In this document: piece after piece, positions 1 through 5,687 of the stretch | Position numbering within the stretch: position 1 is the first letter of the stretch | Layout: every line of letters begins with the position of its first letter | Assembly: GCA_036845085.1 (NCBI GenBank) | Contig: DAIUEN010000033.1 | Coordinates: 1 to 5,687, forward strand | Source of the DNA: Candidatus Nanopusillus sp. | GTDB taxonomy: Archaea > Nanobdellota > Nanobdellia > Nanobdellales > Nanobdellaceae | Length of the DNA: 5,687 bases | Direction: 5' to 3' | The notes under the pieces: generated by a model | The model's database searches: none | The model's input: the letters and a program-made list of their open reading frames with translations, nothing else | What the model was told of the DNA's origin: nothing | Program-made: the position numbers and the translations under genes

Positions 1-798
1 TTATATAATAACATATTATCTATAATAAACCAAAAAGATTTTCCCCATATTATCAATCGAGAAATTTCCGATTCTTATTTTTTATATATATTACCAACAT
101 TTGAATATAATGCAAAAAATATAGGAAAAAAATTGGATTATTTAATAGAAGAAAAAAATAATGATAATGCTAAATTTGTACAAAGAAAAATAGGGACTAG
201 TAAAGCTGTTAAGATGATATTAAAAGTAATCATAGCACCAAACAATTTTATTATAAAAAATAATAAAAAATATTACATAAAACATCGAGAATATGGAATT
301 GTCTTTCATAAAATATTTCCAGAGATTAATAAAAATTTAGAAGGAATTATATTTAAGAGAAGTCCAATAGAAGTTTATAGTTATGGAACTCCAGATTACA
401 TTTCTATAGAGAAAATAGATAAAAAATATTTAATCCAAATATATGAACTAAAAGTTACTAGTTGCAAAAATATATATGATACTACATGTAGAAAAATACT
501 ATTACGAGGAGTTTTACAATCATCAGTTTATAATTTAATTGCTGAAAGTAATTGTATTTATAACAGTATGGACTGTGATGTAAAGACCAACCTTATAATT
601 ATCTCTGGAAATAAAAAAGATCTTCTGAATGCATCAAAAAAATTAGAAAAAATACAATATTATAGCAAAAAAATAAACATAAAATGGATATTTGAACAAT
701 ATGACCTTAAAATACATAATATTTCTATTAATTTATCAAATTATTTAAAAAATAACTTTAGAACTATCGTAGGATATATCGCTATAAATGAATATTAA
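1..798 (+). CDS. PD-(D/E)xK nuclease, Cas4/RecB-like (5'-partial; frame open to the left window edge)
   Basis: Frame 1 has no stop from nt 1 to the TAA at 796-798. The ORF-track start is a TTG at 133, and the first in-frame ATG is at 214. About 44 stop-free codons upstream of 133 are unlikely by chance at this AT content, so the gene probably starts left of the window. Motifs occur in the canonical RecB/Cas4 order: G-IVF-H (nt 295-309), GTPD (385-396), Y-E-L-K (442-453) and Q-SSV-Y (517-531). The in-frame upstream segment SDSYFLYILPTFEY (67-108) resembles the N-terminal 'S.S....Y..CP..F' segment of this family, with Leu where the Cys would be. An alternative in-window start is TTG 133, preceded by AGGA at 123-126. 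Confidence 0.6.
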   Translation, partial: LYNNILSIINQKDFPHIINREISDSYFLYILPTFEYNAKNIGKKLDYLIEEKNNDNAKFVQRKIGTSKAVKMILKVIIAPNNFIIKNNKKYYIKHREYGIVFHKIFPEINKNLEGIIFKRSPIEVYSYGTPDYISIEKIDKKYLIQIYELKVTSCKNIYDTTCRKILLRGVLQSSVYNLIAESNCIYNSMDCDVKTNLIIISGNKKDLLNASKKLEKIQYYSKKINIKWIFEQYDLKIHNISINLSNYLKNNFRTIVGYIAINEY

Positions 799-815
799 AG
801 TATAAAAAGTAAATT

Positions 816-2045
816 TTAAGATCTTTTCAATATAGAATATATTTTCTCAAAAAAGATGTCTATTTCTTCTTTTGTATTATAAATATATAATGATGCTCGT
901 ACAGATCCCCCATATTTATATAAATCAAAATATCTAAACAATAAATATGCACAGTGATATCCGGTTCTAACTGTAATATTATAAAAATCTAAAATTTTTC
1001 CAACTATGTGTGGATTTATCTTAAATATTAAAGAAAATATTGCTTCTCTTTCTTTATGATCTTCAGGACCCATTAAGATTATATCATTATATCTATCAGA
1101 TAACTCTCTAAATCTTTCTAAAAAATATTTAGTTAACTCTAATTCATATTTTTCTATATTATCCATACCTAATTTATTTAAATATTTTATAGCTTCTCCA
1201 AAAGCTATCCCGTCGGCAATATTTGGAGTTCCTGCTTCAAATTTCCATGGTAATTCATTCAAATATTCTTTATCATAATCTATATCTTTTATCATATCAC
1301 CACCCCATAAAAAAGGTTCCATGTTTTCTAATAATTCTTCTTTTCCATATAATACTCCAATTCCAGTAGGACCCAACATTTTATGAGAGCTAAAAGTTAG
1401 AAAGTCTACATCTAATTTTTTAACATTTAAAGATAAATGTCCTGAACTTTGAGCAGCATCTACCAAAACAATTGCACCTTTTTCATGAGCAATTTTTATT
1501 ATATCTTCTATAGGATTTATAGTACCCAACACATTAGAAACATGCGTTATTGCAACTATCTTTGTCTTATCATCAATCTTTTTCTCTAAATCATTTATAT
1601 CTAATCTATAATCTTTAGTTATGTTTACATACTCTAATTTTGCTCCAGTTTTTCTACTTAAAAATCTCCAAGGTAATATATTAGAACTATGTTCCATATA
1701 AGATATTACAATTTTATCATCCTTTCCAATATTATTTAATCCATATGAGTATGCAACAAGATTTATAGCTTCTGTAGTATTTCTAGTAAAAACTATTTCT
1801 CTCCAACTTTTGGCTTTTATAAAATCAGCAACCAATTTATGAGAATTCTCATATTCTTCAGACGATATTTCACTTATTTTATATACTCCTCTATGGATGT
1901 TTGCATAATATTTTTCATAGACTTCTCTTATTTTATCAATAACTTGTTTTGGCTTTTGAGTTGTTGCAGTATTATCAAAATAAATTAAATTAGGATTATT
2001 CTCAAAAATAGGAAAATCTTTCTTTATAATATTACCATTTATCAT
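816..2045 (-). CDS. sufS: Cysteine desulfurase, group II (SufS/CsdA-type PLP aminotransferase class V)
   Basis: This is an intact 409-aa ORF. The N-terminus reads KDFPIF...IYFDNTATTQKP. The PLP-lysine motif is FSSHKMLGPTGIGVLYG, with Lys222 at nt 1380-1382. The catalytic-cysteine motif is VRTGYHCA, with Cys365 at nt 951-953. The C-terminal motif is VRASLYIYNTKEEID. Together these match the SufS pattern known from E. coli and B. subtilis (RxGHHCA ... RAS.Y.YNT.EE.D). Confidence 0.92.
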   Translation of the reverse strand: MINGNIIKKDFPIFENNPNLIYFDNTATTQKPKQVIDKIREVYEKYYANIHRGVYKISEISSEEYENSHKLVADFIKAKSWREIVFTRNTTEAINLVAYSYGLNNIGKDDKIVISYMEHSSNILPWRFLSRKTGAKLEYVNITKDYRLDINDLEKKIDDKTKIVAITHVSNVLGTINPIEDIIKIAHEKGAIVLVDAAQSSGHLSLNVKKLDVDFLTFSSHKMLGPTGIGVLYGKEELLENMEPFLWGGDMIKDIDYDKEYLNELPWKFEAGTPNIADGIAFGEAIKYLNKLGMDNIEKYELELTKYFLERFRELSDRYNDIILMGPEDHKEREAIFSLIFKINPHIVGKILDFYNITVRTGYHCAYLLFRYFDLYKYGGSVRASLYIYNTKEEIDIFFEKIYSILKRS

Positions 2046-2097
2046 AAATAAAGATTTTAGAAAAAATTTTATATCTTTTTTAAATAAATATCATTTA
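2046..2097. promoter_or_regulatory. Divergent (bidirectional) archaeal-type promoter region shared by sufS and the DUF155-like ORF
   Basis: The TATA-like core ttttatat lies at 2067-2074. An A6 tract (2061-2066) flanks it on one side and a T6 tract (2076-2081) on the other. The core centre (~2071) is about 27 nt from the ATG at 2098 (+) and about 26 nt from the ATG at 2045 (-). That is the usual archaeal TATA-to-TSS distance, which implies leaderless or near-leaderless mRNAs in both directions. Neither start has a GGAGG-like motif upstream. Confidence 0.4.
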
Positions 2098-2379
2098 ATG
2101 AAATATAATATCTTTAAACTATGTGGAATGAATAACTTATCAGTAAAATTTGATAAAGAGTTTACAGATGAATTCATTAATAGTTTGTTAGAAAAATTTA
2201 GTGATTTTGATATAAAAGACAGAAAAGAAGATTCTATATGGTTAAAGCAAAAAGAAAAGGATATAGTAATATATAAATATGGAGAAATCTTGTTTTTAGG
2301 ATTTTCTGAAGAAGAAGTAAGAAAATACCTCACTGATATCGCTAGTAGGCATGAAAATACCGCAAGCACTTTTATATAA
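2098..2379 (+). CDS. DUF155/RMD1 (YagE)-family protein, N-terminal fragment only (93 codons, then TAA)
   Basis: The ATG at 2098 is correctly spaced from the TATA element. The segment KDIVIYKYGEILFLGFSEEEVRKYLTDI matches, as I remember it, the hallmark N-terminal block of DUF155 ('vfvFrYGvvVfWn.seeee..fL..l'). Amino-acid composition (K/E/I/D-rich) matches the real genes in this window, unlike the S/F/L-rich antisense ORF at 2091-2369. Intact family members are roughly 250-290 aa, so 93 aa is a truncation. Confidence 0.5.
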   Translation: MKYNIFKLCGMNNLSVKFDKEFTDEFINSLLEKFSDFDIKDRKEDSIWLKQKEKDIVIYKYGEILFLGFSEEEVRKYLTDIASRHENTASTFI

Positions 2380-2947
2380 AGACATATTACTTAAAGAACT
2401 AAAAGAACATTATACACTATTTAATATAAGAAATCCACGTAATAATGTAATAGATAAATTAATTCTTTATATGCTTTCTATGAATACTTGACTCACAAGA
2501 ATTTACAAGTATGCAATTAAATACTTTCTTAAGACAATTTGAAATGCTATATAAAAATTTGTCATTGGTTTATATTTTGAGACGTATTATTAAATGCTTA
2601 TGCTACAGCTTATGATTCTTTAAATCTAACCTTATTAGATAACAATCCACCATATTTAATATCAGCAATAGATGTACCTAAGGCAAAACGAATAACTAAT
2701 ACACAACTAGCTCTTATATAAAGGGTTTATTCATTATTTTAAAGCAATTAGCATATCATATTAGAGAAAGGCACTTAATTGGCCTTATTAGATATAACTG
2801 ATAGAGCCGAAAGCTTAGTTATAAATTTTGTATTGCATCTAGTTTCTACATAGTTTATTAAGTGAGGCGATAGATGTGGCAAGAATATTGCACGTAATGC
2901 TTTATATATTCTATTTGATGGGATGGGATCTAGGTCAAATGAAGTAG
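2380..2947 (+). pseudogene. Decayed remainder of the DUF155/RMD1-like gene (multiple frameshifts and in-frame stops)
   Basis: Six + strand fragments run in the order expected for DUF155. (1) Frame 2, 2381-2488: DILLKELKEHYTLFNIRNPRNNVIDKLILYMLSMNT. (2) Frame 3, 2490-2612: ..FTSMQLNTFLRQFEML..NLSLVYILRRI.. (compare 'aqSvkL.vfEe'). (3) Frame 1, 2581-2718: ..SLNLTLLDNNPPYL..KAKRITNTQL (compare 'iNL.s.lLDtPdflW'). (4) Frame 1, 2779-2850: LALLDITDRAESLVINFVLHL (compare 'leI.eR...Ln.KL'). (5) Frame 2, 2876-2944: a hydrophobic tail, ILHVMLYIFYLMGW, where the family has a C-terminal TM helix. Every fragment ends in a stop. The matches are by eye against a remembered consensus. Confidence 0.35.
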
Positions 2948-3019
2948 AAAACTCTATAATCAAAAAAAGAAATAATATAATTGGGCTACGAGATAAATAC
3001 AATAAAAACTTTTAATAAG

Positions 3020-3982
3020 TTATTTATTTTTTATGCATTTATATAAAACTACTTCATCTGATATTTTTGATAAAATTTCACAAGTATATCCATATTCTTC
3101 TAATCTTTTTAAGAAAATCTTATGATCTACCTTTGTAATATTTCTATGTAATTCTACAAATATAATCTTAAATATTTTCCAAGCATCAGACTTTAACAAA
3201 ATATCTTTTTCGCATCCTTCGCAATCTATCTTTAATAAATATGGATTTTTCATTCTTTTTATAGCAGTTTCTATAGAGACAACAGGTATTTTTATATTTC
3301 CTTTGTTATTTACTATATATCCCCCACTAGAATAAATATCATATTGTTCTGGTACTAATATATATCCATCTTCTGCACCAATGGCTTCATTATAAATTAT
3401 TACTTTATCTTGAAGATCATTTAATTTTACATTTTCTTCCGCAATTTTTGCAACATTTGGTAATGGTTCATAAGCATATACTTTTTCAGCACCCTTTAAT
3501 GCAAAATATATTGCAGTATCACCAATATTAGCTCCTATGTCTAATACTTCACCGTCTATTTTGTCTATTTTATACTGTTCTAAATAAAAATTATCTAAAA
3601 TAAGAAGATTAAGAGAATTTAACTTAAATTTTAATTCTTTACCTTCAAAATTTATTATACCAATATTATCAATAACTTTTCCATCTAATAGAAGATTAAT
3701 TATAATTTCCCCATAGGTTTTACCGCACTTTTTATTTTCATAGTATAAAATTCCGTCTTTGAATGTTAGTTTATTAGGATCCAAATCTTTAAATCTAAAA
3801 ACGAATGGTATTGTTTTAGCCAAAGCTATATCTTCTGTAACTATATAGGAACCATCTTTTAAAACTAATCTAATTTTTTTCTTTTTTATAATTATAGAAA
3901 ATACAACCTCGAGCCAATTTTTATATACTTTTTTATAAAACCCAATTAATTTATACTTTTCTAATAAATTTTTTATATCCAT
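3020..3982 (-). CDS. FkbM-family SAM-dependent methyltransferase (Methyltransf_21) with an N-terminal region of about 145 aa
   Basis: This is an intact 320-aa ORF. The SAM-binding motif VLDIGANIGDTAIYFALKG starts at aa 146 and is preceded by the typical F.LEQY. YAYEP and the downstream LLKIDCEGCEKDIL follow; the latter matches the FkbM hallmark 'lKiDvEGaE..vL'. Confidence 0.88.
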   Translation of the reverse strand: MDIKNLLEKYKLIGFYKKVYKNWLEVVFSIIIKKKKIRLVLKDGSYIVTEDIALAKTIPFVFRFKDLDPNKLTFKDGILYYENKKCGKTYGEIIINLLLDGKVIDNIGIINFEGKELKFKLNSLNLLILDNFYLEQYKIDKIDGEVLDIGANIGDTAIYFALKGAEKVYAYEPLPNVAKIAEENVKLNDLQDKVIIYNEAIGAEDGYILVPEQYDIYSSGGYIVNNKGNIKIPVVSIETAIKRMKNPYLLKIDCEGCEKDILLKSDAWKIFKIIFVELHRNITKVDHKIFLKRLEEYGYTCEILSKISDEVVLYKCIKNK

Positions 3983-4033
3983 GGGTATATAAGCTATAAT
4001 AAAAAAGTTTATATGTATATCTTTATTTATTAA

Positions 4034-5272
4034 CTATAATTTTTTTAATTCATTATAAAATTTATCTACTACACTTTCCCAAGAATAATTTTCTTTAATA
4101 AATTTATATAGAGACATTCTATCTTTTCTAAATATTTCTTGTCTATTTTCTACTATTTCATCCATTTTTCTAGCTAAAACTATAGGATCTCTTTCTAAAT
4201 AACTTATCCACTCCCTTTTTATATTTTTCAAACTATCATCCTCTATTTTTCTCATGTAATTAGAAGTTAATACATATAGTCCACTAGCTAAAGCTTGAAA
4301 CATTACTAAAGAAAATGTATCACAATCTGTTGGATATAGAAATACATCAGAACTTCTGTATATCTCTGCTAATTTATCAATGGGTAAGACACTAAAATAC
4401 TTATATTTATATTTTTCCGACATTTTCTTTATGTAATCCGATAGCATACCACCCCCTACTATATATAATTTTGCTTTATCTTTATTTTTCATTAATTTCC
4501 AAGCTTCTATAACAATTAAAACCCCTTTACACTCTTCAAGGGCAGCATTAAATAAAAATATTACATCATCACTTTGTTTTTTATCTTTTGGATAAAATAT
4601 TGAAGTATCTATTCCATTAGGAACAAAAAAACATTTTTTTATTCCTAAAATTTTCAGATATTTTCTATAACCTGGAAATAGATGATATGCATATACATAT
4701 CGATTATAGAGTCTTAGTTGTGCTAATATAAACATTCTCCTAAGGCTATTGATTATAGAATACTTTTCTAAATATAAAAAGATAGAATGTGAACTACCAA
4801 TTAACTTACCTTTAAAATGTTTTAAAGACAAAGATAAGAAATTAGGAAATAAATATATAATATTAGCTTCCACTAAAATCTTTAATAATTCCTTATTTTT
4901 TATCATTTCTTTTTTTAGTTTTAAATTGAAATATACTATATATAGTAAGATATATCTAATAAACTTAATAAAATAATTAAGAAATTTTGCTATAATACTT
5001 TTTTTAGATAACTTAGATAACTTTCCAGATATTTTGTACAAATAATCTACTTCTACAGTATCTAAAGTTATAAATTTTGCTCTATTGTACACTATTTTTA
5101 ATTCTTCTTCTGTTAATCTTTTATCTGGTGCGTATTTTGTTTGAATAACAGTTATATCAACGTTTTTTGGAGCATATTTTATATAGTTTAGTAATACATA
5201 TTCCCCACCTCTACCAAAGCTTATATTGAAAGGTAATATAAACACTACTTTCAGTTTATCATTTTTAGTCAT
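4034..5272 (-). CDS. Glycosyltransferase, GT-B fold, family 4-like (Glycos_transf_1 C-terminal domain)
   Basis: This is an intact 412-aa ORF. The N-terminus KVVFILPFNISFGRGGEYVLLNY resembles the GT4 'GG.e' loop. The C-terminal domain reads KGVLIVIEAWKLM...KLYIVGGG...LAEIYRSSDVFLYPTDCDTFSLVMFQALASGLYVLTSN. This fits the PF00534 pattern 'aDvfv.Ps..E.fg.v..EAma.G.Pv..s'. Confidence 0.88.
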   Translation of the reverse strand: MTKNDKLKVVFILPFNISFGRGGEYVLLNYIKYAPKNVDITVIQTKYAPDKRLTEEELKIVYNRAKFITLDTVEVDYLYKISGKLSKLSKKSIIAKFLNYFIKFIRYILLYIVYFNLKLKKEMIKNKELLKILVEANIIYLFPNFLSLSLKHFKGKLIGSSHSIFLYLEKYSIINSLRRMFILAQLRLYNRYVYAYHLFPGYRKYLKILGIKKCFFVPNGIDTSIFYPKDKKQSDDVIFLFNAALEECKGVLIVIEAWKLMKNKDKAKLYIVGGGMLSDYIKKMSEKYKYKYFSVLPIDKLAEIYRSSDVFLYPTDCDTFSLVMFQALASGLYVLTSNYMRKIEDDSLKNIKREWISYLERDPIVLARKMDEIVENRQEIFRKDRMSLYKFIKENYSWESVVDKFYNELKKL

Positions 5273-5293
5273 TATTAATGATTTCTAATAAAA

Positions 5294-5687
5294 TTAAAAA
5301 ATGTTACTTTTCTCATATAATTGCTTTCTTCTAGCTTCTAGTAATCTATTTTCTATACCCAAATAATCTGCTGCAGTTAAAATTTTAACATCAAAATATT
5401 CAGATTTTTCTTTTAATTTTTCTATATATATTTTATAGTCTAAACTTCTAAGTAAATGATGATCTATTATAATCTTAGAAATCTGAGTATTTTCTATAAC
5501 CTTCAATATATTAGTTAATGAGAGTTCTGTATATTCATTTTTCCATTTTGCATGATATATTAGAGGACCGGACATTATTAATATCTTGGGATTTAAATCA
5601 ACTATAATTTTTAATGTATTTTCATTAAGTATTCCTTGAATATCAGATCCAAATAATAATGAATTATTTTTGTATTCTATATATACC
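5294..5687 (-). CDS. MBL-fold metal-dependent hydrolase, archaeal COG2248/UPF0282-like (5'-partial; frame open to the right window edge)
   Basis: The ORF track starts at the ATG at 5575, but the same minus-strand frame is stop-free up to nt 5686. It reads VYIEYKNNSLLFGSDIQGILNENTLKIIVDLNPKILIMSGPLIY... The sequence GSDIQG...P.ILIMSGPLIY...IIDHHLLRSLDY (DHH at nt 5456-5464) matches my recollection of the family pattern 'H.SDvQGp....PdvlivdGPptY...lDHHllRd..y'. I am confident it is coding; the family assignment is less certain. Confidence 0.7.
   Translation of the reverse strand, partial: VYIEYKNNSLLFGSDIQGILNENTLKIIVDLNPKILIMSGPLIYHAKWKNEYTELSLTNILKVIENTQISKIIIDHHLLRSLDYKIYIEKLKEKSEYFDVKILTAADYLGIENRLLEARRKQLYEKSNIF

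Noticed and set aside
81-135. A possible in-window promoter and start for the first gene: tttatatata at 81-90, AGGA at 123-126 and TTG at 133
   Set aside because: This is a coherent alternative. However, the frame stays open for all 44 codons back to nt 1, which is unlikely by chance at this AT content. The upstream translation also resembles the N-terminal segment of Cas4/RecB-like domains. I therefore prefer a 5'-partial gene and keep this as the fallback model.
2091-2369. A 92-aa minus-strand ORF that almost exactly overlaps the 2098-2379 + ORF
   Set aside because: Its composition is S/F/L-rich and K/E-poor, which is what the antisense of a K/E/N/I-rich gene produces. It has no recognisable motifs. 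The + strand ORF has a family-like motif and a correctly spaced TATA element.
2768-2786. A small hairpin, aaggc-acttaattg-gcctt, and the nearby agccGAAAgct, in the most GC-rich part of the gap
   Set aside because: The stems are only 3-5 bp with no extension. The hairpin is not followed by a clear T-tract in either orientation. This is not enough to call a terminator or a structured RNA.
2630-2794. A 12-nt direct repeat, ccttattagata, at 2630-2641 and 2783-2794. The copies are 153 nt apart and in the same frame; both encode 'LLD'.
   Set aside because: The flanks show no further similarity. One short AT-rich 12-mer match is weak evidence for a duplication or for a mobile-element target site.
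2775-3002. A 75-aa minus-strand ORF (MYLSRSPIILFLFLII...) starting 17 nt downstream of the FkbM stop codon
   Set aside because: It is F/L/S/I/P-rich with very few K, E or D residues, unlike every confident protein in this window but like the antisense shadow ORF at 2091-2369. It lies opposite the + strand fragments that I interpret as the DUF155 remnant. I cannot exclude a real small membrane protein; Ribo-seq or conservation data would settle it.
804-3008. Oligo-T runs downstream of stop codons as archaeal terminators: T5 on the minus strand at 804-808 after sufS, and T5 at 3004-3008 and T7 at 2962-2968 after the FkbM gene
   Set aside because: In sequence this AT-rich, T4-T7 runs occur everywhere, including inside genes. 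They cannot be told apart from background without 3'-end mapping.
2380-3019. The idea that the in-frame stops reflect an alternative genetic code or programmed recoding
   Set aside because: All three stop codons (TAA, TAG and TGA) interrupt the fragments, and frame changes are also required. Four neighbouring genes of 265-412 codons read through cleanly under the standard code and end in TAA.
4749-4976. A 75-aa + strand ORF inside the glycosyltransferase gene
   Set aside because: It is entirely antisense to a well-supported 412-aa CDS. Its translation is low-complexity, with no motif and no start-site context.
5456-5487. A C-box-like ATGATGA followed by CTGA on the + strand, as a possible C/D-box sRNA
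   Set aside because: The ATGATGA is simply the antisense of the conserved D-H-H codons of the MBL hydrolase. The box spacing (about 21 nt) is wrong, and there is no C'/D' pair or terminal stem.
1-5687. A scan for CRISPR repeats, tRNA or rRNA, IS or transposase ends, integrase genes and long inverted or tandem repeats
   Set aside because: I found no regularly spaced repeats, no tRNA-like GC-rich cloverleaf segments, no terminal inverted repeats and no recombinase-like ORFs by eye. The scan was manual, so short or degenerate elements could have been missed.

Overview
The window is very AT-rich (by eye about three-quarters A+T) and gene-dense. It is most consistent with the chromosome of an AT-rich archaeon. 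That placement is an inference from three things: a COG2248/UPF0282-like MBL hydrolase, an archaeal-type TATA element about 26 nt from two start codons, and no Shine-Dalgarno sequences at those starts. Read left to right, the window contains: (1) the 3' two-thirds or more of a + strand gene for a Cas4/RecB-like PD-(D/E)xK nuclease, whose frame is open to the left edge; (2) a convergent, intact group-II cysteine desulfurase (SufS/CsdA type); (3) a 52-nt divergent intergenic region with one nearly symmetric TATA element; (4) a 93-codon ORF resembling the N-terminus of a DUF155/RMD1-family protein, followed by about 640 nt with no intact ORF, which I read as the decayed remainder of that gene; (5) a tight co-directional minus-strand cluster of an MBL-fold hydrolase (5'-partial, open to the right edge), a GT4-type glycosyltransferase and an FkbM-family SAM methyltransferase. 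I found no rRNA, tRNA, CRISPR array, transposase or IS ends, and no integrase. I do not see a convincing novel multi-gene system. The items most worth a second look are the ORF-free stretch at 2380-3019, the unusual four-cysteine cluster in the nuclease, and the symmetric bidirectional promoter. All functional calls rest on motifs I recognised in the translations; no database search was run.
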